Source of the DNA: Patescibacteria group bacterium
GTDB lineage: Bacteria; Patescibacteriota; WWE3; UBA101185; UBA10185
Direction: 5' to 3'
DNA: 60,001 nt
NCBI GenBank assembly: GCA_016926555.1
Contig: JAFGOI010000013.1
Span: 110,802 to 170,802, forward strand
In this document: positions 29,445 through 39,474 of the stretch, one piece after another
Numbering within the stretch: the first letter of the stretch is position 1
How the letters are laid out: the number at the start of each line of letters is the position of its first letter
Notes under the pieces: generated by a model
Databases searched by the model: none
What the model was told of the DNA's origin: nothing
Seen by the model: only the letters and a program-made list of their open reading frames with translations
Translations under genes and position numbers: made by a program

Positions 29445-30560
29445 TTATATCTGTAATGGCATGATGATGTGCCTGTAGTTTTCGTGTTCCTTAGTTCTGA
29501 ATATGCACGGCGATATACTGCCGTTTGTTTCGAGATATATTTCAGACCCTTTAATGTTATTCAGAAAATCGAGAAGATATTTCACATTGAACGCTATCTC
29601 CGTTGGTTCCCCCTCAACATTCGCCGGAATCGTGCTCTCGTGCTCGCCCATTTCTTCAGATAAGGATGTTATTTTGATATGCTGCTTTGTGGGATCGAGA
29701 ATGAGTTTTACCGCGTTTCCGCTGTCCCCGGATGATGCAAACACGCTGGTAAGCTTTACGGCTTCAATAAATTCTTCTGTGGAAAAGGAAGCTTTTATGC
29801 TGGTATCTGGTGGAATAATTTGTTTGTATGGCGGGTATTGGCCGTCAATAATTCTTGTTGATACGTAAGTATCTCCTGACAGAAATATGACCTGGTTGTC
29901 GTCTTCACTAAGTGTGAATTTGATAGGGTTTTCCTCTTTGGAGAAAATCCTTGATACTTCTGTTAGTGTTTTTGTAGGTATAACTGCTGTGAAATCTTGT
30001 TGGTCCGTATTTACTTTTAGTATTTTTTCTGAAAGTCTATAGCCATCTGTGGCGGCAATAGTGATTTCTCCGTTTTCGCTTTTAACAAGGGTGCCCGTAA
30101 GTATGGGCCTTCCTGTGTCGTTTCCGGATGAAAACGCGACCGCGGATATTGCCTCATGGAAAGGTTTAGTGTCGAGTTCAAGGATATGATTGGTAATAGA
30201 CGGTTCGGGAAGTTCTGGAAAGTCTTCGGCATGTGTGCTGTTGAATTTGGATTTTGACTTTGTCGCATGAACGTGGAATGTATCGTCTTCTAACAGAATA
30301 TCAACGGTTCCCGGTGATAAGTTACTGATGAAGTCTTTTAGAAGTTTGGCGGGTACTGTGGCTTCCCCCTTTTTATCAATGGAAGCCCCCACGTAGGTCA
30401 TTATAGTGGTTGCTAAGTCTGTAGCGGCAAGTTTGATCCTGCCGGATTCAGTAGATATATATACATTTGACAATATCGGGAGCGATCCTTTAGTTGGTAC
30501 TGCGCGGGACACAATTTGAAGTCCCTCCGCTAGGTTTTCTTGCAGGCTAGAGAATTTCAT
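29445..30560 (-). CDS. dnaN: DNA polymerase III beta clamp
   Basis: LPILSNV, LAATDL, AATDGYRLS, IDGQYPPY, IAFNVKYLLD and C-terminal IIMPLQI. Confidence 0.97.
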   Translation of the reverse strand: MKFSSLQENLAEGLQIVSRAVPTKGSLPILSNVYISTESGRIKLAATDLATTIMTYVGASIDKKGEATVPAKLLKDFISNLSPGTVDILLEDDTFHVHATKSKSKFNSTHAEDFPELPEPSITNHILELDTKPFHEAISAVAFSSGNDTGRPILTGTLVKSENGEITIAATDGYRLSEKILKVNTDQQDFTAVIPTKTLTEVSRIFSKEENPIKFTLSEDDNQVIFLSGDTYVSTRIIDGQYPPYKQIIPPDTSIKASFSTEEFIEAVKLTSVFASSGDSGNAVKLILDPTKQHIKITSLSEEMGEHESTIPANVEGEPTEIAFNVKYLLDFLNNIKGSEIYLETNGSISPCIFRTKEHENYRHIIMPLQI

Positions 30561-30567
30561 TTATTAA

Positions 30568-31017
30568 TTATTTTTTTGGTTTTAAAATAACTCTTCTGTC
30601 TTTACCCTCACCCGTACTCTCAGATTCTATATCATCATATTCCGATATTAAAACATGTATATGTCTTCTTTCCCAGGGGTTCATGCGAGGCATTTCAACT
30701 TCATTCCTCGAAAACCTTACTTTATCTATGTACTTTCTGGCCATATCCCTTATTCTGTCCGCTTTGCCCTCTTTGTAACCGTTTATATCTACGATGACTG
30801 TTTTATATTTATCTAGGTTTCTGTAAAGTGCCATGCTGATAATATTTTGGAGAGCCTCCAGAGCTTGACCTCTATAACCTATTAAATAGTTCAGGTTGTT
30901 CCCCCTTATATCAATACTTAATACATTTTCATTCTCTTCCACTTCAATATCGGGATCTTCTCCTATATGTGTAAATATTTCTTTAAGTAGTGTAATTACG
31001 AAATTATCTTTGTTCAT
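30568..31017 (-). CDS. jag: Jag/KhpB (KH-R3H) RNA-binding protein, short form
   Basis: LIGYRGQALEALQ, VDINGYK, MNPWERRHIH and ESESTGEG motifs. Confidence 0.9.
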   Translation of the reverse strand: MNKDNFVITLLKEIFTHIGEDPDIEVEENENVLSIDIRGNNLNYLIGYRGQALEALQNIISMALYRNLDKYKTVIVDINGYKEGKADRIRDMARKYIDKVRFSRNEVEMPRMNPWERRHIHVLISEYDDIESESTGEGKDRRVILKPKK

Positions 31018-31799
31018 GATTTCACATTACCAAATTTTAGCCTTTTTATCCACGGAGTAAGTCCTCCCCAGCCGGTATAGTGGTAACTCTGAGCAAGCTG
31101 GGCTAAAGTTGAAACAACAATATAAATCATCACACCAGAAGGAAGTGTCATTCCAAATATTAGAAACATTATTGGTGTCATGAATATATTTTGTTTTTGT
31201 ATAGAAGCTGCCATATCATCCATTTCCGATGGGGTTTTTTCGGCTTTTTTCTCTTCTTCTTCAACATAAGGGAGCATCATCATACCGGTTAAGAATTGCA
31301 CTATTACTGCTATCCCGGTGACAACGTAGTAAGGATCCGGTTTAGATAAATCTAGATATAAAAAGTTTTTGTTGATTGAGTAATTATCTGTGAACTTAAA
31401 TGTGTCTAGGTATATTCGGTTGTTTATTTCTTCAAGGGCTATGCCGTTTGTTAGACTGGATACTGCCCTGTATACTGCGATCATAACGACTATCATTATT
31501 ATTGATGTGAGGCATCCCGCGGAGGGATTGACACCGTTTTGTTTCATTAGATCCATCTGCTTCTCGGCAAGTTTCATTTTGTCGTCTTTGTATTTTTCTT
31601 TGATTTTATCAAGTTTTGGTTTTAGTTCCTGCTGTTTCTTTCTCATTTTCATAGCAGGCGCCATAACGGGGATCATTGCGACTCTTACTAGGACAGTAAA
31701 AACAATAATTGAAATACCGAGATTACTTGTTAGTTGATACAAACTCACAAGTATGTTTAGTATCGGATTGTATATAATTAGATTCCACAGTGTGCCCAT
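31014..31799 (-). CDS. yidC: Membrane protein insertase YidC
   Basis: NLGISIIVFTVLVR...GVNPSAGCL...FLYLDLSKPDP...LPSGVMIY. Confidence 0.93.
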   Translation of the reverse strand: MGTLWNLIIYNPILNILVSLYQLTSNLGISIIVFTVLVRVAMIPVMAPAMKMRKKQQELKPKLDKIKEKYKDDKMKLAEKQMDLMKQNGVNPSAGCLTSIIMIVVMIAVYRAVSSLTNGIALEEINNRIYLDTFKFTDNYSINKNFLYLDLSKPDPYYVVTGIAVIVQFLTGMMMLPYVEEEEKKAEKTPSEMDDMAASIQKQNIFMTPIMFLIFGMTLPSGVMIYIVVSTLAQLAQSYHYTGWGGLTPWIKRLKFGNVKS

Positions 31800-31809
31800 A
31801 ATTTGGATA

Positions 31810-32022
31810 TTATACAGGATCGTAACCTCCTTTAGAAAAAGGATTACACCTTATAATTCTCCATAAACCCTTTATACATCCCTTTGTTACTCCGTATTTT
31901 TCGATAGCTTGATAAGTGTAGACGGAACAACTTGGTTCATATTTGCATATGTCAATGCCGATGTTAATTAAAGATAGATGTCTTTGATAGAATTTTATTA
32001 AAGTCAGAGCTAATTTCTTCAT
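31810..32022 (-). CDS. yidD: Membrane protein insertion efficiency factor YidD
   Basis: CKYEPSCSVY...RIIRCNPFSKGGYDPV. Confidence 0.95.
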   Translation of the reverse strand: MKKLALTLIKFYQRHLSLINIGIDICKYEPSCSVYTYQAIEKYGVTKGCIKGLWRIIRCNPFSKGGYDPV

Positions 32023-32311
32023 ATGTCTTTCCTATAGATTTTACTCTTGGCTGAATTACGATCCATAAGTTTTTACTTATTTTTGGAAGATTTTCTCTTA
32101 CTATTTCTCTATATAATCTCTTTATTCTATTTCTTACAACTGCGTTTTTATGGAATTTTTTGGAAGTTACAATACCGATTCTGGCAGGTCCTGAATAATT
32201 CCTTGGTTGAAGAATAAACACGTATGTGAACTCTCCGGCATGATGAGCGCCGTGTTGCCTTGTGGTTCTATATTCGTATCTTGTAGATAGCCTATTTTCT
32301 TTTTTTAGCAT
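31964..32311 (-). CDS. rnpA: Ribonuclease P protein component
   Basis: MLKKENRL, RIGIVTSKK and NAVVRNRIKR (RNR motif). Confidence 0.93.
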   Translation of the reverse strand: MLKKENRLSTRYEYRTTRQHGAHHAGEFTYVFILQPRNYSGPARIGIVTSKKFHKNAVVRNRIKRLYREIVRENLPKISKNLWIVIQPRVKSIGKTYEEISSDFNKILSKTSIFN

Positions 32312-32359
32312 ATTAACAATATAATTTTAGCATCGGTGCAGGATTTAAATAAGGATAAG

Positions 32360-32512
32360 TTATTTGGTGGAATGGGTTACGGCTAACCTTTTTCTCCCCT
32401 TTGCGCGCCTTCTTTTGAGCACGTTTCTTCCAGAGGGGGTACTCATGCGTTTTAGGAACCCATGTTTTTTGACTCTTTTTCTTTTTTTTGGTTGCCAAGT
32501 TCTTTTAGGCAT
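32360..32512 (-). CDS. rpmH: 50S ribosomal protein L34 (not in ORF track; 50 aa)
   Basis: Hand translation: [50 protein letters not shown]. Confidence 0.97.
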   Translation of the reverse strand: MPKRTWQPKKRKRVKKHGFLKRMSTPSGRNVLKRRRAKGRKRLAVTHSTK

Positions 32513-32558
32513 AGCGATGTTGATTTTAAGGGATTTTTAGGGGGGAGTCAAATTTTTC

Positions 32559-33107
32559 TTATTCGGAAAGAAGTATTGTATATAAATACGCATTTCTTCT
32601 TTCCTCAACCGCATTTTCAAGGTTTCTTACTGCTATATCAGAACCTATACCGGGCGCTTCCTCAAACCATTTTCTAGCTTCTAGAAGGGATTGCCATGTA
32701 AATTCTCTTGCCGCATTAACATCAGCTTTTTCAGCAACTTCACCTTCCCCCGATGCGCGAAGAAATCTTTCAGAGGCGTCAAGCATAGATCGCATATCTA
32801 ACGCGTATTTCCGCACTTGGTCTAGGATAATTCCTTGTTGTGCAGCATCTAGTGTAGAGAATGTGGCACTAAACTCAGTTCTAGCATATTCTTCTGCTTG
32901 TTCATCTTCGTAAGGTTCTACGAATCTCTCAAAGGTATCGCGTTCACTCTCCAGCACAGAGGAGAAAGCTTCTCTACATATTCCTATAAATTCCGGAGAC
33001 CGCAGATTTTCTGCCGTTTCGTTGGTATCCGTATTTTCTTCAGCTTCATCATCGGGTCCACTAAAGGAATCTGGTTCTGTAGATTCTGGTTTTAGAGTAT
33101 TAGTCAT
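32559..33107 (-). CDS. Acidic hypothetical protein
   Basis: 182-aa ORF, helical and acidic; -10-like box directly upstream; no family recognised. Confidence 0.55.
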   Translation of the reverse strand: MTNTLKPESTEPDSFSGPDDEAEENTDTNETAENLRSPEFIGICREAFSSVLESERDTFERFVEPYEDEQAEEYARTEFSATFSTLDAAQQGIILDQVRKYALDMRSMLDASERFLRASGEGEVAEKADVNAAREFTWQSLLEARKWFEEAPGIGSDIAVRNLENAVEERRNAYLYTILLSE

Positions 33108-33237
33108 ATACTATAATGTTAACTAGTCTATTAAAATAAGTCAAAGGGTAGACGAGAGATGAAACTAAAGCAAGAAATAAACATAGAAGGATTTTATCGG
33201 GTTACAAACAATATTCATATATTGATATAATCACTTC

Positions 33238-34461
33238 GTGTTATCACGAAAACTACTCAAAACGTTTCATATAAAAACATACGGGTGTCAGGCCAATATT
33301 GCCGATTCTATAAAGTTATCGGAAGAGTTGGCAAATATAGGTTTATTTGAGGTTGATTCTTTGGAGGAGGCGGATTTGTTTGTTATTAATTCATGTTCGG
33401 TACGCCAAAAAAGCGAGGACAAAGTTTATGGGTGGGGGCGGATACTCGGAAAATATACGGTCAAACCGTATATTGTTTTAACGGGCTGTATTGTTGGCAG
33501 TGCTAGAGGAAAGAGAAGGAGGTTTTCGTTCAAGGAATTAGAGAGGAAAACACCTTGGGTTAACATGTATGTCGAGCCAAATGATTTGCTTTCCGTTCCG
33601 GACAGACTTCTTGAAAAGGGATTTACGACAAAAGAAAGCTATGAAAATAGGAAAAACTATAATACCAACGAGATTGGTGAGAAGTCCTTTTGTAAATTGA
33701 GTGATTTTAGCGTAAAAAAGGAAAATATTGAAAACGCTTTGGTAAACATTTCTTATGGATGCGATAATTTTTGCACATACTGTGTAGTTCCGTATGCAAG
33801 GGGAGAAGAAGTGTCTCGGTCGCAGGGAGACATACTAGCTGAAGTAAAAGAGGCAGTAAAAAAAGGAGCAAAAAAGATTACGTTGTGCGGGCAGAATGTA
33901 AATTCTTGGGGACTTAATAGAGAGGCAAAGTTTAAGTTAAGAACAGGGGGAGTATTACCGCCGGAATTGGGGGACAAGCTTCCGTTTACGAAGTTGTTGC
34001 ACGATGTTAATCAAATTGAAGGTATAAAAGAAATTGAGTTTATTTCTTCAAACCCCTTTGATTTTACGCAGGATTTGATAGATGCGCTAAAACTGGAAAA
34101 GATCTCAAATTATCTGCATATTGCTGTTCAATCAGGAAATAACGACATTTTGCAAAAAATGAATAGAAGGCACACTGTTGAGGAATTCAAGAGTTTAATA
34201 AATAAAATAAGAAAAGTGCGTCCTGATATGGAATTCGGAACAGATGTGATAGTCGGATTCCCGTCCGAAACACGGGACCAGTTTATGGATACTGCTGATT
34301 TATTTCGTAAAGTTAAGTTTTCAGTGGCTTTTATTTCTATGTATTCCCAAAGAAAAGGAACGGCCGCGGCTTTACTTAAAGATGATGTGTCTCGAAAAGA
34401 AAAGAGATGGCGACACAATTACTTACTTAGTTTGTGGAGAGAGATAAAGAATGAAAAATGA
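33238..34461 (+). CDS. miaB: MiaB-like tRNA methylthiotransferase without TRAM domain
   Basis: TYGCQAN, NSCSVRQKSE, GCDNFCTYCVVPYARG and DVIVGFP motifs; adjacent to miaA. Confidence 0.88.
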   Translation: MLSRKLLKTFHIKTYGCQANIADSIKLSEELANIGLFEVDSLEEADLFVINSCSVRQKSEDKVYGWGRILGKYTVKPYIVLTGCIVGSARGKRRRFSFKELERKTPWVNMYVEPNDLLSVPDRLLEKGFTTKESYENRKNYNTNEIGEKSFCKLSDFSVKKENIENALVNISYGCDNFCTYCVVPYARGEEVSRSQGDILAEVKEAVKKGAKKITLCGQNVNSWGLNREAKFKLRTGGVLPPELGDKLPFTKLLHDVNQIEGIKEIEFISSNPFDFTQDLIDALKLEKISNYLHIAVQSGNNDILQKMNRRHTVEEFKSLINKIRKVRPDMEFGTDVIVGFPSETRDQFMDTADLFRKVKFSVAFISMYSQRKGTAAALLKDDVSRKEKRWRHNYLLSLWREIKNEK

Positions 34462-35377
34462 AGCGTTTGTAATTCTTGGGCCCACGTGTTCGGGGAAAAC
34501 TTCCCTCGCGCTAGATCTGTGCAAGAGGTGCAACGGGGAGATAATATCCGCCGATTCTCGCCAGGTTGTAAAATATATGGACATAGGCACGGGGAAGCTT
34601 CCAATAGATTCCAAGTGCATAGTAAAAAAGGGGGATGAAGTCTGGACAATTGATGACATACCAATATGGGGGTACGATCTGACAACACCGGAGCAGTATT
34701 TTACGGGGGTAGACTGGGTGCGAGGAGCTTTGGAGAGGACAAAGTTTTTAGTAGAGAAAGGGAAAAAAGTATTTATAGTCGGCGGGACTGGTTTTTATAT
34801 AGATCTATTCACCGGGGATAAAAAACCTGCCGCAGTAAAACCTGATTACGAACTTAGAAAATCCCTTGAAACAACACCCACGAAGAATCTTCTCACTTGG
34901 CTGATGTCGTTAAATCCTTCCAGTGTAGATAAACTTGATACAAAAAACCGAGTAAGAATTATTCGCGCGTTAGAAATTGAATTAGGGAAGGAAACGCGAA
35001 GTTCTACTCCCCTACCCTCCCTCAAGAATTTTTCGGTTAAAAAGGTTGGTCTTAAAAGTTCTCGAAGATTACTTTATCAACACGCAGATCAGTTCGTTGA
35101 AGAAATATGGGCAAAAGGTTTAGTTAAAGAGATACAAAAGCTTTTAGGCATGGGGTATAAAGATACAACAAAAATGAATGGCCTAATTTATAAAACCGGG
35201 GTGCAGTATGTAAACGGAGAAGTTGGAGAGAAGGATGCGATAGAGAGAATTAAGTTTGATATGCATGCGTATATAAGGCGGCAGCAAACGTATTTCAAGA
35301 AGATGTCTAATGTGGATTGGTATGATATAGCCCGTGACGGTTTCAAAGAAAAAATATATACTTTAGCTAGTGGATAA
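34451..35377 (+). CDS. miaA: tRNA dimethylallyltransferase
   Basis: GPTCSGKT, IISADSRQV, DIGTGK, VGGTGFY and YIRRQQTYF motifs. Confidence 0.95.
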   Translation: MKNEAFVILGPTCSGKTSLALDLCKRCNGEIISADSRQVVKYMDIGTGKLPIDSKCIVKKGDEVWTIDDIPIWGYDLTTPEQYFTGVDWVRGALERTKFLVEKGKKVFIVGGTGFYIDLFTGDKKPAAVKPDYELRKSLETTPTKNLLTWLMSLNPSSVDKLDTKNRVRIIRALEIELGKETRSSTPLPSLKNFSVKKVGLKSSRRLLYQHADQFVEEIWAKGLVKEIQKLLGMGYKDTTKMNGLIYKTGVQYVNGEVGEKDAIERIKFDMHAYIRRQQTYFKKMSNVDWYDIARDGFKEKIYTLASG

Positions 35378-36368
35378 ACAAATCGTTATTTCAATAAAAA
35401 CAATAATTATTACTCTCCTCATGTTATCAGGATTGTATATTCTCGTCAGGTTAGGGGCAATTATAGGGATGGTAATAATCTCTCTCCTAATAGTAGTGTC
35501 CGTTGAACCAATAGTTCAGAAAATAATGCAGACTAAACTTCTCAATAAACCGGTCCCAAGAAATATAGCCGTGGTAGTCACGTACTTTATTATAGTTATG
35601 GTGTTTTTGGGAATTTTAACATCTGGATTACAGCCCGTTCTTGAGCAGATACAAAAACTTCTCTCTATTATTTCTGAGTTGTTTATGCAGTATAACGTAG
35701 GTGAGAGTTTAAGGTCCTTAGATGTATCTCTTAATACTTTGCTACCCGAGATTCCGACTACATCAGGAGGAGTATTATCTGTATTATCCTCCATTTTCAC
35801 TAATTTTGCTGCTTTGATAAGTGTTTTGGTCATATCTATATATACTTCCATAGATTGGACGAATCTTAAGGAGAGGTTTTTTTCATTTTTCTCTGGTAGA
35901 GTAAAAAGCGAGGTTGAGGAGATATTTATCGAGATTGAGAGTAAGATAGGTCATTGGGTCAAAGGGCAGCTTACTTTAATGTTAGTAGTTGGATTACTGT
36001 GTTTTGCAGGATTGTTGGTTTTAGGTGTCCAGTACCCGTTGGCGTTGGGAATAATTTCGGGATTTCTGGAATTTATACCAATGTTTGGGCCGTTTATATC
36101 CGCAATTCTCGCGGGAATCGTCGGATTTTCGTTTTCCTTCACTCAAGGCGTTTTGGTTATCTTTTGGTATATTATTGTGCAGGAATTAGAGAACAACATA
36201 TTAGTGCCTAAAATAATGCACAAAGCATCAGGATTTAGTCCCTTGTTTGTTCTGCTTGCTATTTTAATTGGAGGTGAATTCTTTGGGTTAATTGGTGTAA
36301 TACTCGCAGTGCCAATCAGCATGGTGAGTTTCACAATTTTAAAGAGGATACTTATTAGTTCAACCTAA
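35370..36368 (+). CDS. AI-2E (PerM) family transporter
   Basis: WVKGQL, EFIPMFGP, QELENNILVPKIM and GVILAVP motifs. Confidence 0.92.
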   Translation: MDKQIVISIKTIIITLLMLSGLYILVRLGAIIGMVIISLLIVVSVEPIVQKIMQTKLLNKPVPRNIAVVVTYFIIVMVFLGILTSGLQPVLEQIQKLLSIISELFMQYNVGESLRSLDVSLNTLLPEIPTTSGGVLSVLSSIFTNFAALISVLVISIYTSIDWTNLKERFFSFFSGRVKSEVEEIFIEIESKIGHWVKGQLTLMLVVGLLCFAGLLVLGVQYPLALGIISGFLEFIPMFGPFISAILAGIVGFSFSFTQGVLVIFWYIIVQELENNILVPKIMHKASGFSPLFVLLAILIGGEFFGLIGVILAVPISMVSFTILKRILISST

Positions 36369-36402
36369 GTAATGACCTACGTAAGCCTTTGATTTTCTCT
36401 AT

Positions 36403-36776
36403 ACAGGAAACCCGTAAGCCAGATTCTGTTTTAATCAGCCATCTATCTACGCCCCATCTTTATACCGTATGCCCTTACGGGAAACTTGCCGAGTAGACTG
36501 TGACGGTAATTTCGTGGGTTTCTGCGGGGTGGGATTGCCCGTTTCACATTCCTTCCGTGTTTAGCAGCTCGCGAGCGATCTGCTAAATTTAGGAAGAAGC
36601 TCGTCTCTGCTGCTCTCAGAAAGTGTCATTTCACCTTCTGTTCCTCTTGATTTTCATCGCAAAGACACCAGCGTTTGCACGTCAGAGCTTGCGCTCCATC
36701 CCCCTACTCTTTGCAGTCTGGACTTTCCTCCCCCCTTCCGAATATTCAGATTGAGGGCGGCTGAACAGCTTCCTGC
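36403..36776 (-). ncRNA. rnpB: RNase P RNA (bacterial)
   Basis: GAGGAAAGUCC (36730-36720); GGGCAAUCCCACCCCG; ACAGAAUCUGGCUUAC (36429-36414); P1 CAGGAAGC/GGUUUCCUG. Confidence 0.92.
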
Positions 36777-36842
36777 GCTGATATTTTACCATTTTTACTT
36801 TGTCTTTGCTCAAAACTCACATATTTGTGATACTATATCTGC

Positions 36843-37964
36843 ATGTTTGAAGAGTTAGACGAAAAGAAATATCATGTGCTATCTCCCGGTAAGAAACGCG
36901 CTTTAGTGTTATTAATTGTCTTTTTCATTGTTGTGTGTGCGCCTCTTTTAGGATTTTTATATTATAAATTTGCCGTAAGGCGTCCATCTCAGTTTGTGGA
37001 TGAACTTACGTATGAAGTAAAAAAAGGGGCTACATTATCTGAGATCACTAATGATCTATATAATTTAGGTGCTTTAAACTCCAAGGTGCTGTTTAACTTC
37101 TATTTATACTTGAATAAGATTGACCAGAATATACAGGCGGGAATGTACGTGATACCTGCGGGAGTGTCCGTGGTTGAGTTGGCGGATCTCTTGCAGCATG
37201 GCGTAAACGATGTGGAAGTACGTTTTATTGAAGGTTGGCGTGTTGAGGAATACGCGCGGGAAGCGACTAAGAAGTTCAGCCATATTGATTATAAGGATTT
37301 TTTAAGTGTTGCTAAAAACTATGAGGGCTATCTCTTTCCGGATACGTATATGTTTAATTTAGAGATTCAAGAGGAAGAAATGGTTGATACTTTGTTATCA
37401 ACTTATGAGAAAAGGACAAGAGATTTATTTACTGCCGAGAATCTTGCTGGGGTTGGGTTGACAGAAGAAGAAGTGATCATATTTGCGTCCATAGTCGAAA
37501 GGGAAGCTATGAAAGAGGAGGATCGACCGATTGTAGCTGGAATACTTATAAAGAGGTGGCGAGAAAACATGCCGATAGGCGCAGATGCAACAACACAATA
37601 TGCTGTTGCAGTAGATAAGTTTTGTGTTCCGGATTCCTGTAGGAGCGAAGGGGTTTTATGCAGTCTTCCGGAGGAAGTCGGTTATTGCCAGCAGGAATTG
37701 ACAAAAGAGCAGGCAATGGAAATAGATTGGTGGCCAAAAGAACTAACTCAGTATGATTTGGATTTCGACAGTTTCTATAATACAAGGAAAAACCCGGGCC
37801 TTCCGCCCAAACCAATTTCAAATCCAGGAATTTCCTCTATAAGATCTGTGTTAGAGTACGAGGATACTAACTATTACTACTACCTACATGATGAAGAAGG
37901 TAATACGTATTTTGCCAAAGATTTAGAAACTCACGAGGAGAATATTGCAAAGTATCTAAACTAA
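36843..37964 (+). CDS. mltG: Endolytic transglycosylase MltG
   Basis: EGYLFPDTY, FASIVERE, ADATTQY, YNTRKNPGLPPKPISNPG and YYYYLHD motifs. Confidence 0.93.
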   Translation: MFEELDEKKYHVLSPGKKRALVLLIVFFIVVCAPLLGFLYYKFAVRRPSQFVDELTYEVKKGATLSEITNDLYNLGALNSKVLFNFYLYLNKIDQNIQAGMYVIPAGVSVVELADLLQHGVNDVEVRFIEGWRVEEYAREATKKFSHIDYKDFLSVAKNYEGYLFPDTYMFNLEIQEEEMVDTLLSTYEKRTRDLFTAENLAGVGLTEEEVIIFASIVEREAMKEEDRPIVAGILIKRWRENMPIGADATTQYAVAVDKFCVPDSCRSEGVLCSLPEEVGYCQQELTKEQAMEIDWWPKELTQYDLDFDSFYNTRKNPGLPPKPISNPGISSIRSVLEYEDTNYYYYLHDEEGNTYFAKDLETHEENIAKYLN

Positions 37965-38350
37965 TCATTTTCTAAGGCCTTTTCGATCATTTCCCGTGTG
38001 ATGTTAAATCCGTTTTTATACAGAATGTGATTTCTAATGTAAATAGGAATATTGTATTTCTCGGCGAAATTAAGGGCATCTTTTATACAAATATTAATTT
38101 CAACGCTGTCTTGAGGGGTGACGAGAGTTAAGTATGCATAGTATTTATCGTTGCAGTGCATATAAATTTTTGTGCATAATATATCCGAGTTTAAAGCTTT
38201 TATTATACGATATAGCGTGTTGTATATGTGCGGTATATCAGCATATACTTGTGTTATGGGGAGCAGTATCTTTTCTTTTTTATTGTATAAATAGCTTGTT
38301 TTCCTATTCTGATCTGTTATTGTTGTTATTAGCTCTAATGCTTTGTACAT
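37961..38350 (-). CDS. Bifunctional nuclease (DUF151) family-like protein
   Basis: ILLPI...YYAYLTL...EINICIKDALNFA..YNIPIYI; likely start at ATG 38350. Confidence 0.55.
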   Translation of the reverse strand: MYKALELITTITDQNRKTSYLYNKKEKILLPITQVYADIPHIYNTLYRIIKALNSDILCTKIYMHCNDKYYAYLTLVTPQDSVEINICIKDALNFAEKYNIPIYIRNHILYKNGFNITREMIEKALEND

Positions 38351-38366
38351 AATGTATAATGTTAGT

Positions 38367-38801
38367 ATGTTTGACCTGCTCAAAGATTACTATCAAAAAA
38401 TAGAAAGTATACGTGGTAAAAAACTGATTATATTGCTTGTTTCTCTGTTTGTTACCTTTACCATTTTAGGTCTTCTCGTAGGATATTTTATACATGTAAG
38501 CTTAAGCGGAAATGAACTTGATTCAGATTTTACAAGGGAGGAAGTTGTCACTGGGCCGATTATTGAGTCTCATGCGGGTAGAATCGAGTATATAAACCCC
38601 GATTTCAATAATGGTGTATCTTATGTTTTAGTCAACGATGGTGGTGAGGATATATTCTTTTTGGTTGCTGACGATGATAAACTATCCATCGCGGACGGTT
38701 TGTTTGTCACAGTTACCGGGGAAGTCACGAGAAAAACGGGGGAGCAAAAACTGGATACAATTAAAGTTAGAGAGGTAATGATAAGGAATGCCTCAAATTG
38801 A
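38367..38801 (+). CDS. Membrane-anchored hypothetical protein (possible OB fold)
   Basis: Single TM then beta-rich region; TATAAT 6 nt before ATG 38367. Confidence 0.6.
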   Translation: MFDLLKDYYQKIESIRGKKLIILLVSLFVTFTILGLLVGYFIHVSLSGNELDSDFTREEVVTGPIIESHAGRIEYINPDFNNGVSYVLVNDGGEDIFFLVADDDKLSIADGLFVTVTGEVTRKTGEQKLDTIKVREVMIRNASN

Positions 38802-39474
38802 ATTCAAAGAAGTAACAAAAGAATATGAGCCGGGTTTTAAAGCTTTAGATGATGTTTCGTTCTCTGTTGCTTCGGGAGAATATTTATTTATAGTAGGAGC
38901 TTCCGGTGCTGGAAAATCTACAGTGGTAAGATTGCTTGTGAGAGAGGAACAACCTAGCGCGGGGGAGATATGGTTTGACGATGAGAACATACTTATGTTT
39001 GAAGGGACGCAGATATCTGATTTAAGAAGAAGTATCGGAGTCGTTTTCCAGGATTTTAAGCTACTTGAGTCTAAAAATGTGTTCGAAAATGTAGCAATTG
39101 CCTTGGAGGTTGTGAACGCGTCGGATTTCGAAATTAGAAATATAGTTCCGAATGTTTTAAGTATGGTTAGCTTGTCAGACAAGATGTTTAAGTATCCCAG
39201 GCAGTTATCCGGTGGTGAGAAGCAGAAGCTAAGCATTGCCCGGGCCCTAGCCCACGAACCGGATGTTTTAGTTGCGGACGAACCTACAGGTATGATAGAT
39301 CCCGATTCAGCAGACGAAATATTGGAAATACTAGATAAAATAAACTCCCTCGGGACAACTATTATTATGGCTACGCATAACGCGGAGGTAGTAGACAAGA
39401 TGAAGAAAAGGGTAATTAGGCTAGATCGAGGGCAGATAGTTTCAGATAAAAAAGGAGGGAAATACCGTGGCTAG
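38788..39474 (+). CDS. ftsE: Cell division ATP-binding protein FtsE
   Basis: GASGAGKST, IGVVFQDFKLL, LSGGEKQ and ADEPTG motifs; upstream of ftsX. Confidence 0.93.
   Translation: MPQIEFKEVTKEYEPGFKALDDVSFSVASGEYLFIVGASGAGKSTVVRLLVREEQPSAGEIWFDDENILMFEGTQISDLRRSIGVVFQDFKLLESKNVFENVAIALEVVNASDFEIRNIVPNVLSMVSLSDKMFKYPRQLSGGEKQKLSIARALAHEPDVLVADEPTGMIDPDSADEILEILDKINSLGTTIIMATHNAEVVDKMKKRVIRLDRGQIVSDKKGGKYRG

Noticed and set aside
32313-32498. 61-aa Lys-rich ORF in the track
   Set aside because: It is the wrong frame of rpmH, which is intact at 32360-32512
38344-38370. dif-like sequence CATAATGTATAATGTTAG
   Set aside because: The XerD arm is two bases short of TTATGTTAAAT spacing; the divergent -10 boxes explain it better
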